From contig OZ245817.1 in assembly GCA_965228475.1 (NCBI GenBank), positions 4,608,001 to 4,672,000 on the forward strand: a stretch of DNA of 64,000 nt, written 5' to 3'. Under the pieces are notes generated by a model that had not been told where the DNA came from, ran no database searches, and was given only the letters and a program-made list of their open reading frames with translations. Positions within the stretch are counted from its first letter, which is position 1, and each line of letters opens with the position of its first letter. Positions 38,701-48,577 of this stretch are shown piece by piece. This DNA is from Myxococcota bacterium (GTDB lineage: Bacteria; Myxococcota_A; UBA9160; JAFDDA01). The translations under genes were made by a program, and so were the position numbers.

Positions 38701-40366
38701 TCGGGCGGAGGGTGTGGCCGACGAGGTCCACGCTGTCGCGCGTCCATTCGCAGTTCGCGGGCTCCATGAGCGCCGCGGTGGGAAGCGGGGTCGCGGGGAG
38801 CGACAGCGCCGCGAAGGCGTCGATGTGGCCGAAGCCCCGGGTCACGTCGAAGAAGGCGCCTCCGGGCTGCCAGGTCGTCGTGGTCTGGCGGATCGCCTGC
38901 CGGATCTCTTCGAGATTCCACGCCGGATACTTGGCGCGCAGCATCGCCGCGAGACCGGCGACGTGCGGCGCAGCGATCGACGTTCCGGAGAGCGGCGCAT
39001 AGGTGTCGTTCTGGATGCCCGTCTGGATCACCGCGGCGTTCCCGTTCTGGACGGCCTGTCCCGTGATGCTCGGTAGATCGAGCGTGGTGAGGACGTCCGC
39101 ACCCAGGGAGAGGTTGGCGACCTGCGTGTTGAAACCGCCCGGCGCCGCGACGTCGAGCTTCACCCCGAAGCTCGAGAAAGGCGATGCCGTGAGGTTCGCC
39201 TGGGCGGCGCCCACGGAGATGCCGGTCTCCACGCCGGTGGGATGGAACAGGCAGGTGTTGCTGTTCGGGGAGTTACCCGCGGCGTTCACCACCACGACGC
39301 CGTTCGCGTAGGCGTAGTCGACGAGCAGCTTGATCGTGCTCAGGTGGGAGAACTCGCGCAGGTTCGTGTTCGCTCCGGCCGGAAAGCCGTAGCTGTTGTT
39401 GATGACGTGGGCGCCGTTGTCGACGGCGTACTGGATGGCCTCGGCCGCCGTGGCCGCGAAGTTCAGCGTGGGCCAGGGAAAGTCCGAGAGGGCCTTGGGC
39501 ACCATGATCCGTGCGTCGTGGGCCATCCCGGCGATGCCCAGATTGTTGTTGGTCTTGGCCGCCGCGGGCCCCGCGACGGCGGTCCCGTGGCCGTAGACCT
39601 CGTCGGGGTCCGGGTCACCGTTCGCGAAGTCCCAGCCGTAGACGTCATCGACGTAGCCGTTGCCATCGTCGTCCTGGTTGTTGTTCGGCGTCTCTCCGGT
39701 GTTCACCCATCGGTTCGGGATCAGGTCCGGATGGGCGCTCAGCCCGGTGTCGATGATGGCGATCACCTGGCCGGCGCCGGTCGACTGCCCCCAGGCCAAG
39801 GTCGCGTTCACGTTGGTCATCGCCCACTGGAGGTTCCAGAACGTGTCGGCGCTGTAGAGCTCCAGGACGACGTCGGGTTCCGCGAAGGTGACCTCGTCGA
39901 GGGCCTGGTACGCGCGGGCGACCTTGGGGATCTCGAGCTGCCAGCCGACCTCGAGCTCGAACACGTGATGCAGGCGCGGGCCGAGGTCGCCTTCGGGCCG
40001 CGGCAGCGCCGCCGCCGCACGCTTCGGGAACTTCTTCTGCACGCGCGCGAAGTGCTCCTCGGAGGTCCGCTCCGGATCGAAGAGCGGCGCGATCCCCCGT
40101 GCGCCATAGCGCGCGTTGAGCGAGCGCATCCCGGGAGGCAGCGGCAGCTCCGCGAACTCGACCCCGGCGCCGAGCGCCTTCACGAGCGCGTCCCCCGCGT
40201 CCGGCTCGAGCTGGAGCAGGACGGCTCCGCGCCGGTAGCCCGGTGCGGCGACGTCGAACGCCTGGGGCGTCCAGGTATCGGCAGAAGGAATCTCGGTCTC
40301 TGCCCCGGCGGTCGCCGGTACGGCGAGGACGAGCGAAGTCAGGACGAGGGTGAGGATGCGAAGCAT
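35726..40366 (-). CDS. secreted S8 subtilase with FG-GAP/VCBS repeats and C-terminal RCC1 propeller
   Basis: Signal peptide; IIDTG, HGTAVAG, GTSIAAPHVAG triad; multiple DxDGDG repeats; WGxNxxGQLG RCC1 repeats. Confidence 0.93.
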   Translation of the reverse strand: MLRILTLVLTSLVLAVPATAGAETEIPSADTWTPQAFDVAAPGYRRGAVLLQLEPDAGDALVKALGAGVEFAELPLPPGMRSLNARYGARGIAPLFDPERTSEEHFARVQKKFPKRAAAALPRPEGDLGPRLHHVFELEVGWQLEIPKVARAYQALDEVTFAEPDVVLELYSADTFWNLQWAMTNVNATLAWGQSTGAGQVIAIIDTGLSAHPDLIPNRWVNTGETPNNNQDDDGNGYVDDVYGWDFANGDPDPDEVYGHGTAVAGPAAAKTNNNLGIAGMAHDARIMVPKALSDFPWPTLNFAATAAEAIQYAVDNGAHVINNSYGFPAGANTNLREFSHLSTIKLLVDYAYANGVVVVNAAGNSPNSNTCLFHPTGVETGISVGAAQANLTASPFSSFGVKLDVAAPGGFNTQVANLSLGADVLTTLDLPSITGQAVQNGNAAVIQTGIQNDTYAPLSGTSIAAPHVAGLAAMLRAKYPAWNLEEIRQAIRQTTTTWQPGGAFFDVTRGFGHIDAFAALSLPATPLPTAALMEPANCEWTRDSVDLVGHTLRPSGTGHYEVWIAPGANPTIGQFNQIAGPIPLDVNGTLHTLNTNNFADGDYVLRVVTKDTTNGTESEDRNQIRIQNAYIADPLHHSTLSSLAPYPVMGKTGTANYSYYELEERPLGTNTWTPVGGTTAGPFANVGQLGLWSGFTDGCYELRLTVHHTGNMGPSYDYVVVCVDSGLLSGWPVDVNHDPTMKSPKIADLDGDGSKEIIYGASVFEADGTLKSGFTLDPGIGRTNPAISDVDGLGGREVVAIVHDYDPNGPNAGAPVVRALEPNGNALWTYAVQNPNTTGLLSQGTPSSVAIGDVDGDGRDEVVFTVFFLHDNPNLETILFILDAATGLLETSTALPGIGMGSPTLADLDRDGMDDIVLTLSTTLIWNWLIGLGEVHVVTLNALSPLNLNWPQPAQDLHHANGMPEAVVGDIDRDGDLEILAGHRMWHHDGTPVSGWPLPDIASGTGAMVPGEDGDCELEIVVSPGSQDQQTNQAPHHAFHVHEHTGAHVYTHLMTNGEGGTGMNLVWENPVPGSPIVADIDGDGRSDIVRGAVREQLGAIRSALYAIGSNGAQGFPKYLWGESDYLRSTPAIDDVDGDGDADLAMAAGGKIYVWDLGIPWAPHLAPWPTFQADLRNTGTLDPLDAAGLTAGGFQSYAVKRDHGLRATGRNEFGQLGDGNSPNSAFVPVDLGPAACNVNRVSSHLHHALGLRNDGTVVAFGNDNHGQLGDLSPGGFDDTPAVVLGLADIVMVAAGGEHSIALGNDGSVYTWGNNGGGQLGQGTFGATPTSHVPTLLAGSANSGTRAVAAGESFSMGLHQGAVWTFGRNAEGQLGDGTTTNSASPVQAVGLSNVVAIAGGGLHALALTEAGDVYAWGANDHGQLGQGTFTPGPFNPGSTVPIQVPGLADIVAIAAGQHHSVALAADGTVYTWGFNDSGQLGINTTLDVPTPTAVPGLPRIREISAGYKHTLALPEGSEAPQVWGHNFSGAFGDGSNLGSLVPTPSGL

Positions 40367-40425
40367 GTGGGACTCCTGAGAAACGGACGAGGAGATGCGA
40401 TGGGAAAGCGGCGGCCGGCTGGGAA

Positions 40426-42657
40426 TCAGTCGTCGTTCACGATCGTCACCGTGGAGACCGGCTCCCAGAGGAAGCACTCCACCGGGTAGTTCCCGAACAG
40501 CGCGGTTCCGATGTACGTGCCCGAGAGACAGATCGGCCGACCGACGTGAACGATGGCCGTCTCGTTCGGCTCGGGGATCGGATCCCCGTTCAAGTAGAAG
40601 GTGAAGTTCTGGGTGACGTCGCCCGGGGCATAGGGAACGGCTCCGGAGCCTCCGGTGAAGTCGACCCCGGCGGTCGCCGAGCCCGAGCGGACCACGACGT
40701 CCCGGCTGGTCGCGGCGGGGGCGGCCCATGGCATCGTGAGCGGCACGTTCGCGACGGTCGAGACGAAGGTCCCCTCCCCGATCGAGAGGTTCGGTGCGCT
40801 CGGGTGCGCCCAGACGAACAGCGGCGTCGAGTAGGTCGGCTCACTCGCACCGACGAAGAGCCGGAGCGAGCGCAGCGAGACGGAGCTCAGGCCGTCGGGC
40901 AGGCCGCTGATCGAGGCGGACGTGCCGGCCGTCCAGATCGGCCCGGCGCCCGTGCTCGGGTTCACCTCGAGGACGTAGAAGAGCGGGCTTCCCCAGCCGG
41001 GCACGAGCGGCGGGTCCCAGCTCAGGTTCGCCGTGTTCGTCACCGGGTCGTAGTTGGTGACGATGTTCGTGGGCGCCGAGGGCGGGAAGGTCGGCGACGT
41101 CGGGAAGGAGACCTTGATCCGCGCGAGCACGCCGAAGAAGACCGGCTCGGCCTTGATCTTCACTCCTTCGGGCGTCACGTAGGTCGTGTTCCAGGGGAGC
41201 GCGGCGTCGCTCCAATCGCCGACGCTCGCGGGCTTGCCATCGAGCAGCTGCGGGTTCAGCTGGATCGACTCGGCGAAACCGCCGACGTCCACCTGGCCGC
41301 CCATCACCCGGATCTGGACGCCGTCGAGCAGGCCGTTCATGCCCGTGAGGTCCGCATCGGCCCCGAAGGCCACGCGGCGCTCGATGTAGTACGTGCCGGA
41401 GGCGAGCGGAATCTTGACGGCGCGCGGCCCGGCCCAGGGCCCCGAGTACGGGAGGATGACCGGCTGCTGGAACCCGCCCGTCGCCGTGACGAGGTCGCCG
41501 GGGAAGAACCAGTCCTTCCGGTCCCGCTGCGCCGGGCTGAAGAGCGTGAAGGTCTGGTTGCCCATCGTATCGGCCGGATCTTCGTACTCAGCGTTGGTGC
41601 AGGTTGCGGTGAGCGAGTAGGTGACGCCGCCACCCGCTTCGATGCACTCGAGCGCGTTCGCGTGAAAGAGCCCTTCGAGATGCCCGAGCTCGTGGGCCCA
41701 CACGGACGGTGCCATCAGGGGGGAGCCGATCAAGCTCGTGAGCAGGTTGATGTAGATGCGCCGTCCCGGAATGTCCTCGGCCAGGCCGAGGAACAGGCCG
41801 CCCCAGAAGCTCCCGAAGAGGTTCGGCTCGACGATCGCGATGCGGTCGTAGGAGGCGGGGTTGTAGCCGGCGAAGCTGGCGCGCTGCTCGGCGTTCATCT
41901 CGAAGCTGAACTCGCAGCGGTCGAGCCACGGGGTGGACACGGCGGTGAAGGTACGAACGCCCGCCGAAGCCTCGTCGAAGAAGGGCGTGACCTGGTTGTT
42001 CACGAGGGCTTCGAGGTCCGCCGGCGTGGGGGTCGCAGGAAGCGAGGCGGGGTCGGTGCTGCAGTAGCTCGGCAGGATCAACATCGAGAGCGGCGTGGTG
42101 GGCGGCGGCGGAGGCGGCCCGCCGAGCGCCGCAGCGATCGCCGCCTCGGCTTCCTCCGGCTCGATCGACTTTTCGGCAGCGGCGAGATCCTCGAGGATCG
42201 CGAGCTTCTCCTGGACCGCGGCTTCACGAGCCTTCGCGTCGCCGAGCCATTCCTGGACGCGCTGCGCTTCCGCGGCACGACGCGTGCGTTCGCGCTCGAG
42301 CTCTTCCTGGACCTCCTCGGAGACGGGCCCGACCGCGAGCACCTCGCGCAGGGTCAGGACGTTGGTGCGCTCGTCGAGGACACCGCGGAGGGCGACCGTC
42401 GCACCGTGCTCGACCGTCGCCAGCCCGCCGTCGAGATCGACCGCCACGTCGCCGTGCCGCTCGGTCCGGACCACGAGCAGGGTGTTCGGAAGCTCGGGCG
42501 CCTCGCCTCCCTTCGAGACGAGATGCATCAACCGGGCGGTGCCCTGGATCTCGGTCTCCACCCCCTCCGCTTCGCTCGCCGCGTGTTGCGACGGCACCGC
42601 CACACCGATCGACAGGGTGAACAGGACGAAGAGTCGGAATCCGAAGTGCGAGGTCAT
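40426..42657 (-). CDS. secreted M11 (gametolysin-like) metzincin with FN3 and Calx-beta domains
   Basis: Signal peptide; HELGHLEGLFHAN, EYEDPADTMG; PSAPTN...LSWDPP (FN3); GSATAGVDF...EPNET...TIVNDD (Calx-beta). Confidence 0.82.
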   Translation of the reverse strand: MTSHFGFRLFVLFTLSIGVAVPSQHAASEAEGVETEIQGTARLMHLVSKGGEAPELPNTLLVVRTERHGDVAVDLDGGLATVEHGATVALRGVLDERTNVLTLREVLAVGPVSEEVQEELERERTRRAAEAQRVQEWLGDAKAREAAVQEKLAILEDLAAAEKSIEPEEAEAAIAAALGGPPPPPPTTPLSMLILPSYCSTDPASLPATPTPADLEALVNNQVTPFFDEASAGVRTFTAVSTPWLDRCEFSFEMNAEQRASFAGYNPASYDRIAIVEPNLFGSFWGGLFLGLAEDIPGRRIYINLLTSLIGSPLMAPSVWAHELGHLEGLFHANALECIEAGGGVTYSLTATCTNAEYEDPADTMGNQTFTLFSPAQRDRKDWFFPGDLVTATGGFQQPVILPYSGPWAGPRAVKIPLASGTYYIERRVAFGADADLTGMNGLLDGVQIRVMGGQVDVGGFAESIQLNPQLLDGKPASVGDWSDAALPWNTTYVTPEGVKIKAEPVFFGVLARIKVSFPTSPTFPPSAPTNIVTNYDPVTNTANLSWDPPLVPGWGSPLFYVLEVNPSTGAGPIWTAGTSASISGLPDGLSSVSLRSLRLFVGASEPTYSTPLFVWAHPSAPNLSIGEGTFVSTVANVPLTMPWAAPAATSRDVVVRSGSATAGVDFTGGSGAVPYAPGDVTQNFTFYLNGDPIPEPNETAIVHVGRPICLSGTYIGTALFGNYPVECFLWEPVSTVTIVNDD

Positions 42658-42845
42658 GCGCGCTCCCATGCATCGAGTCGCGCCCAATCTGCGGATCCGA
42701 ACGGGAAGGGTCAAACCAGTCCGATCGACGCAACGGCCCGTCGTTGCGTGAAAAATCGGGACACGTGACTCCGTTCGGCCCAATGAACACCGGCGGCACC
42801 AACCTCGTCTAGAATGGGAGTTCCGAACCGTCGTGAGGAGGCCCC

Positions 42846-43640
42846 GTGGTCCGCAGAATCCTGACCGTTTCCGTCCTGTCGTCGCTCTTCCTTCTGGCGT
42901 GCAGCACGTCGCCGACGGGGCGCCAGCGCCTCGTGATCTTCTCCGACGCCCAGATGAACCAGCTCGGCGCGACCGCATTCACCGAGCTGAAGAAGGGGAC
43001 GCCGATCTCGCGCAACGGTCCGGTGCGCGGCTACATCCGCTGCGTCGCGAGCAAGGTCGTGGCCGAGGCGAACTACCCCGGCGCGCCCAAGAGCTGGGAG
43101 GTCGAGATCTTCGAGGACGCGAGCGCCAACGCCTTCGCCCTGCCGGGCGGCAAGATCGGCGTGCACACCGGCCTCTTGAAGGTGGCGGTGAACCAGGACC
43201 AGCTCGCCACGGTGATCGGGCACGAGGTGGCGCACGTCCTGGCCGGCCACTCGAACGAGCGCGCTTCGACCCAGCTCGCGACGCAGGGGGCTCTCGAGGT
43301 GCTCGGCGCACTCTCGGGCCCGGCGTCCCCGGCCAAGAGCCGCACCCTGGCCGTGCTCGGCGCGGGTGCCCAGGTCGGCGTGTTGCTGCCCTTCAGCCGC
43401 GCCCAGGAGAGCGAGTCCGACATCCTCGGTCTCGACATCATGGCGCGCGCCGGCTTCGACCCTCGCGAGGGCCCGAAGCTCTGGCAGAACATGGCGAAGC
43501 AGGGAGGACAGCCGCCGGAGATCCTCTCCACGCACCCGTCCAGCTCGACGCGCATCGCGAACCTGCGCGAACGCGTGAAGGTCGCTCTCCCTCTCTATGA
43601 AAAGGCGCGTGCCAGCGGGAAGCGGCCGATCTGCTCCTAG
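42846..43640 (+). CDS. M48 family metallopeptidase lipoprotein (LoiP/Oma1-like)
   Basis: LLAC lipobox; NAFALPGGKI, HEVAH, FSRAQESESD, LSTHP. Confidence 0.93.
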   Translation: MVRRILTVSVLSSLFLLACSTSPTGRQRLVIFSDAQMNQLGATAFTELKKGTPISRNGPVRGYIRCVASKVVAEANYPGAPKSWEVEIFEDASANAFALPGGKIGVHTGLLKVAVNQDQLATVIGHEVAHVLAGHSNERASTQLATQGALEVLGALSGPASPAKSRTLAVLGAGAQVGVLLPFSRAQESESDILGLDIMARAGFDPREGPKLWQNMAKQGGQPPEILSTHPSSSTRIANLRERVKVALPLYEKARASGKRPICS

Positions 43641-43657
43641 ACCCATCCAGACCCCCC

Positions 43658-46198
43658 ATGACCACACGCCACCGGAACATCGCCATCGGGGTGCTCGCGG
43701 CCCTGCTCCTCGCGCGCGTCGCGCTCCCGTACGCCCTCGAGTGGGCCATCGAATCCTTCGGGACGGACGCCGTCGGTGCGCCCGTCGCCGTCGAAGACGT
43801 CGACCTCTCGGTCCTGGCCGGAGGCGTCGCACTCGAGGGCCTCACCGTGGACGGCGTCGACGAGAGCCGCCTGCTCTCCCTCGACCGGCTCCACGCCAAC
43901 CTGCAGTGGACGTCGCTGTTCCGGGGCGAGGTCCACCTCGCGGAGCTCCGGCTCGACGCGCCGGCCATCGCCTTCGACGTCGACGAATACGGCGCTCCGC
44001 GCCTGCCAGAGCCCGTGACCGAGGAGGCGGGCGATCCGGTGGCCGAGCCCGTCGAGGCGCCGTCTGTGGAGAACGCATCCGAAGAACCGGCCCCCGGGGC
44101 CGGCGCGGAAGAGCCGGCCCCCGCCGAGGACGAAGGGGCGGAAGATCCGGGCTGGCCCGTGTTGATCGACCAGCTCGTCGTCACCGGAGCCGACCTGCGC
44201 GTGACGGACCCGTCCCTCGAAGGTACGGACCCGGCCGTCGACTTCGGATTCGGCGCCTTCGAGCTGGCCGCGATCCGCATGGAGGGCGGTCGATTCGGGC
44301 TCGGCGGCGTCGGCCTGAGCGAGCCGCGCCTCGAGATCCGCCGCGACTTCGTCACCGCCGAACGCCCCACGCCTCCGGCGGAAGAGGACGACGCGCCCGG
44401 CGAAGCCCAGGCGCACCGCGTCGAGCGCCTCGGCATCGATCGCGCCGAGTTCACGCTGCTGACCGACGGCGGGCCGCTCGAAGTGGCCCTCGCCTTCGAG
44501 GCCACGGAGCTCTCGACCGCCGCCGGCGCGACCTTCCCGCTGCGGATCGACCTCGAGATCGAAGGCGGAACCCTCGGCATCGAGGGCACCGTCGGCGTCG
44601 AGCCGCCCACCTTCGCCGGCGCCCTGCGCTGGGCCAGCCTGCCCGTCCCGAAGCTCGCACTCGCCGCGGACCCGAGGCTCTCGGGCTGGCTGCGCAGCGC
44701 GAGCGCGTCGGGGAACCTCGATCTCGAGTTCGGCCCGGCCACGAACGACGCGCTGATCGTCTCCGGGACGACCCAGCTCGACGGCTTCGACTTCGCCTCC
44801 CCCGACGGCGAGGAGGTCACCCTCACCTGGGAGTCGCTCGCCGTCGAGCTCGCCAGGAGCACACTCCCGACCGCGGGCGGCGCTCCCGAGATCGACGTCG
44901 CGTCCGTGACCTGGAAGGCCCCGAAGGGGCGCTACACGGTTCCCGCCCCGGCGCTCGAGGCGCTTCTCGCCGGGGAGGAATCGGCGGCCGAACCCAGCGA
45001 GGAGGCGGACGTCGCGAGCTCCCCTCCTTCCGACCCTGCGCGCGTGCGCATCCGCGACGTCTCGGTCACCGGCGGCAACGTGCGCTTCGTCGACCGGAGC
45101 GTCTCGCCTGCCTTCGACGGCCGCTTCACGCGGCTGGCGGTGTCGGCGCGCGACGTCCGCATCCCGGAGAACCGCTCGCAGAAGGTCCGTATCACCGGCC
45201 GCGGGCCGGGGGGCGCCGCCTTCTCCCTCGATGGCACCCCGGCGCCCGGCGGGCGCGTCCTGTTCGAGCTCGAACGGCTCGGGCTCGCCCAGTTCGATCC
45301 GTACGCGACGGGCGCGATCGGCTACCGCACGCAGGGGGAAGCGACGATCAAGACGGAGATCGAGCTCGGCAAGGAGCGCGTCGACGTCGGCAACAAGCTC
45401 GTCCTCCACGGCATCGGGCTCGACTCGACCGGCGAAGCGATCCTCGACGAGATCATCGGCATGCCCGTCGACCTCGCCCTTGCCCTGCTGCGCGATCTCC
45501 AGGGCGACATCAAGCTCGGCGTCCCGGTCGCCGTCGAACGCGGCAACGTCTCGGTCTCGGTCGGGACGATCGTCCGCGACGCCCTGCGCGCGGCGATCGC
45601 CGGCGCGGTGATGGCGCCGCTCAAGATCGCGAACACGGCGGCGTCGCCCTTGAAGGCGCTGGGCGGAATGCTCGCCAAGGGCAACTCGAACGGCCTCTCC
45701 ATCCCCGCACTCGAATCCGTCCCGGGCGGAACCGCCCTCCTCGATGGCCAGGAAGAACGCATCGATTCGATGGTCGGATTCCTGGAGATGCGCCCCCAGC
45801 TCGCGTTGGTGCTGCACGGACGCAGCGACGAGAGCGACCGCGACGGCCTCGCCCGCCGCATGCTGATCGAAGCCGTCGAGAAGGGCGACGACCTCCCCGA
45901 GATCGATGGCGCCGGGTTCTTCGAGCGCCGACGCGTGCGCGGCGCCCTCGCCAAGATGGGCAAGGGCGAGACGCCGGAACTCGGAGAAAAGGAAGCCGAA
46001 CTCCTCGCCGCCTACGAAGCCGCCACCTTCGTGACACCGGACCGCTACGACGCCCTGGCCCGCGAGCGCGCCGAGGCCCTGAAGCGCGAGCTCGTCGAAG
46101 CCCACCAGGTCGACGCGGCCCGCCTCACGGTGGCTGCGGAGCCGGAACGTGCAGAGCCGGGCGTAAGGGCCGCTCTCGGCGTTCTCTCCGGCGTCTGA
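43658..46198 (+). CDS. DUF748 (AsmA-like) domain protein
   Basis: N-terminal TM, beta-taco-type repeats, LALALLRDLQGDIKLGVPV, P.L.L.L.G...D C-terminus. Confidence 0.85.
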   Translation: MTTRHRNIAIGVLAALLLARVALPYALEWAIESFGTDAVGAPVAVEDVDLSVLAGGVALEGLTVDGVDESRLLSLDRLHANLQWTSLFRGEVHLAELRLDAPAIAFDVDEYGAPRLPEPVTEEAGDPVAEPVEAPSVENASEEPAPGAGAEEPAPAEDEGAEDPGWPVLIDQLVVTGADLRVTDPSLEGTDPAVDFGFGAFELAAIRMEGGRFGLGGVGLSEPRLEIRRDFVTAERPTPPAEEDDAPGEAQAHRVERLGIDRAEFTLLTDGGPLEVALAFEATELSTAAGATFPLRIDLEIEGGTLGIEGTVGVEPPTFAGALRWASLPVPKLALAADPRLSGWLRSASASGNLDLEFGPATNDALIVSGTTQLDGFDFASPDGEEVTLTWESLAVELARSTLPTAGGAPEIDVASVTWKAPKGRYTVPAPALEALLAGEESAAEPSEEADVASSPPSDPARVRIRDVSVTGGNVRFVDRSVSPAFDGRFTRLAVSARDVRIPENRSQKVRITGRGPGGAAFSLDGTPAPGGRVLFELERLGLAQFDPYATGAIGYRTQGEATIKTEIELGKERVDVGNKLVLHGIGLDSTGEAILDEIIGMPVDLALALLRDLQGDIKLGVPVAVERGNVSVSVGTIVRDALRAAIAGAVMAPLKIANTAASPLKALGGMLAKGNSNGLSIPALESVPGGTALLDGQEERIDSMVGFLEMRPQLALVLHGRSDESDRDGLARRMLIEAVEKGDDLPEIDGAGFFERRRVRGALAKMGKGETPELGEKEAELLAAYEAATFVTPDRYDALARERAEALKRELVEAHQVDAARLTVAAEPERAEPGVRAALGVLSGV

Positions 46199-46266
46199 GC
46201 CACTCGCCCATTTCGACCTGAACAAAGCGACCCCTCCTGGTGTCTGAGAGAACCGGGAGGCGCCAC

Positions 46267-47220
46267 ATGCCCTTGCGCCCGAAATCACCTCCGACGAGCG
46301 TGGAGCCTGGCTCGCTGCGGCCGGAACGCACGCCGCGCGACCCGCGGCTCTTCCAGATCGCCATGCTCGCGAGCCTGCTCGGCTACGGGATCGTCGCGCT
46401 CGGGTTCCCGGTCGACCTCCGAGAGATCGGCGTCCTGCTCTTCGCCGGCGTCGGCGCCCAGCTGCTTTGCACGACGCTCGAAGGCCGGACCCGCTTCGAT
46501 CCGCGCAGCGCGATCATCACCTCGCTCTCCCTCGCCCTGCTCCTGCGGGCGAGCGAACTCTGGATCCTCGCGGCGGCCGCGGCCTTCGCCATGGCGAGCA
46601 AGTTCGTGCTTCGTGCGCGCGGGAAGCACCTCTTCAACCCGTCCGCGCTCGCGCTGGCCGTCGCCATCGCGCTCACCGGCGAGGCCTGGCTCTCGCCGGG
46701 GCAATGGGGCAGCGCGGCCTGGTTCGCCTTCGCGATCGCCGGGCTCGGCGGTCTCGTGGTCTTCCGGGCGGAGCGCAGCGACGTCACCTGGGCCTTCGCC
46801 GCGTTCTGGTGCGCGCTCCTGTTCGGCCGCGCGCTCTACATCGGCGAGCCCGCCTCGCTTCCGCTGCACCGGCTCCAGGACGGGGCGCTGCTGCTCTTCA
46901 CCTTCTTCATGATCTCGGACCCGAAGACGACCCCCGACTCGCGCGCGGGGCGCATCGTCTTCGCGGGCTGCGTCGCCGCCCTCGCCTTCACCCTGAAGTT
47001 CGGCCTGCACGTGCATGCCGGCCTCGTCCATGCGCTCGTCGCGTGCGCACCGCTCGTCCCCTGGATCGACCGCTGGCTTCCGGGCCCGCGCTACGCCTGG
47101 CCGGGGCACCCGGCCGAGCCCACCCTGCAAGGAGTCTCCGATGAGAAAACATCCCCTTCGCCTGGTCCCGTCGCTGGCCAAGATGGCCCTGTGTCTCGCC
47201 CTGGTTGGGCTCGCATCTAG
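46267..47220 (+). CDS. stand-alone RnfD/NqrB-like membrane protein
   Basis: SKF...KHLFNPS, FFMISDPKTTP; GGGAGG SD. Confidence 0.85.
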   Translation: MPLRPKSPPTSVEPGSLRPERTPRDPRLFQIAMLASLLGYGIVALGFPVDLREIGVLLFAGVGAQLLCTTLEGRTRFDPRSAIITSLSLALLLRASELWILAAAAAFAMASKFVLRARGKHLFNPSALALAVAIALTGEAWLSPGQWGSAAWFAFAIAGLGGLVVFRAERSDVTWAFAAFWCALLFGRALYIGEPASLPLHRLQDGALLLFTFFMISDPKTTPDSRAGRIVFAGCVAALAFTLKFGLHVHAGLVHALVACAPLVPWIDRWLPGPRYAWPGHPAEPTLQGVSDEKTSPSPGPVAGQDGPVSRPGWARI

Positions 47221-48514
47221 CGCCAGCGCCTTCTGCGGCTTCTACGCGGCCCGCGCGGGCGCGGATCTGTTCAACGAGACGTCGAAGGTCGTGGTCGTCC
47301 GCGACGGCGACCGCACCGTCGTCACCATGGCGAGCGACTTCAAGGGCGAGGCCCGGGATTTTGCGCTCGTCATCCCGGTACCGAGCGTCCTCCAGGAAGG
47401 ACAGATCCACGTGGCCGATGCCAAGATCGTCGACCACCTCGATGCCTACACCTCGCCGCGGCTCGTCGAGTACTACGACGAAGACCCGTGCATGATGCAC
47501 CGCCGGTTCGACGCGCTCCAGAGCGCGCCGATGGCCGAATCAGCCGGCGAGGCCGACTTCCGCCGCCGCAAGAACAGCTTCGGCGTGACGGTGGAGGCCG
47601 AGTACACCGTCGGCGAGTACGACATCGTGATCCTCTCGGCGGAAGAGAGCCGCGGGCTCGAGCGCTGGCTCCACGCGAACGACTACCGCATCCCCGAAGG
47701 CGCCGCGCCCGTACTCGGCGAGTACCTGAAGCAGGACATGCGCTTCTTCGTGGCGCGCGTGAATCTCGAAGAGCAGGCCAAGCTCGGCTACCGAACCCTG
47801 CGCCCGATCCAGGTCGCCTACGAGACCCACAAGTTCATGCTCCCCATCCGGCTCGGGATGGTGAACGCGAAGGGCCCCCAGGACATGGTCGTGTGGTTCC
47901 TGACGCGCAAGGGCCGCGTCGAGACCGCGAACTACCGGACCGTGAAGCTTCCCACCGGCAGCGAGATCCCGACCTTCGTGAAGGGCGAGTTCGGCCGCTT
48001 CTACAAGGCGCTCTTCGAAACACAGGTGGCCCGCGAGAACGACCGCGCCGTCTTCCTCGAATACGCCTGGGACATGGGCTGGTGCGACCCGTGCGCCGCC
48101 GATCCGCTCTCCGCCGAAGAGCTGCGCGAGCTCGGCGTCTTCTGGCAGACGGTGAAGGGAGACTTCGCGCGGCGCGGCCCGAAGGCCCTGGCCCGGGACG
48201 TCTTCGTGACGCGCCTGCACGTCCGCTACGACGACGAGCACTTCCCGGACGACCTCCACTTCGTCCAGACGGCGAACCGTGAGAACTTCCAGGGCCGCTA
48301 CGTCCTGCGGCATGCGTGGAACGGGGAGTCGCGCTGCGAGGCCGCCGAGCGCTACCGCGCCGAGCTCCCGAAGCGCAAGGAGCGCGAAGCCCAGACCCTC
48401 GCCTCGCTCACCGGCTGGGGCATCGATTGGATTCGCGACCGGATGCAGATCGCCGCGGTCGGCACGCCGGACCTGCCCACGCCCGAGCCCTGGTGGAAGC
48501 GCATCTGGCCCTAG
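47141..48514 (+). CDS. DUF2330 secreted protein
   Basis: Signal ending ASA-FCGFY; SPRLVEYYDEDPC, VGEYDI, FMLPIRLG, WCDPC, VTRLH, NFQGRY. Confidence 0.88.
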   Translation: MRKHPLRLVPSLAKMALCLALVGLASSASAFCGFYAARAGADLFNETSKVVVVRDGDRTVVTMASDFKGEARDFALVIPVPSVLQEGQIHVADAKIVDHLDAYTSPRLVEYYDEDPCMMHRRFDALQSAPMAESAGEADFRRRKNSFGVTVEAEYTVGEYDIVILSAEESRGLERWLHANDYRIPEGAAPVLGEYLKQDMRFFVARVNLEEQAKLGYRTLRPIQVAYETHKFMLPIRLGMVNAKGPQDMVVWFLTRKGRVETANYRTVKLPTGSEIPTFVKGEFGRFYKALFETQVARENDRAVFLEYAWDMGWCDPCAADPLSAEELRELGVFWQTVKGDFARRGPKALARDVFVTRLHVRYDDEHFPDDLHFVQTANRENFQGRYVLRHAWNGESRCEAAERYRAELPKRKEREAQTLASLTGWGIDWIRDRMQIAAVGTPDLPTPEPWWKRIWP

Positions 48515-48577
48515 GCCAGAGCGCCCGGCCCGAGAAAAAGCCGGGGACGGTCCTGCGCTCGCAACGGTATGGGGGTG

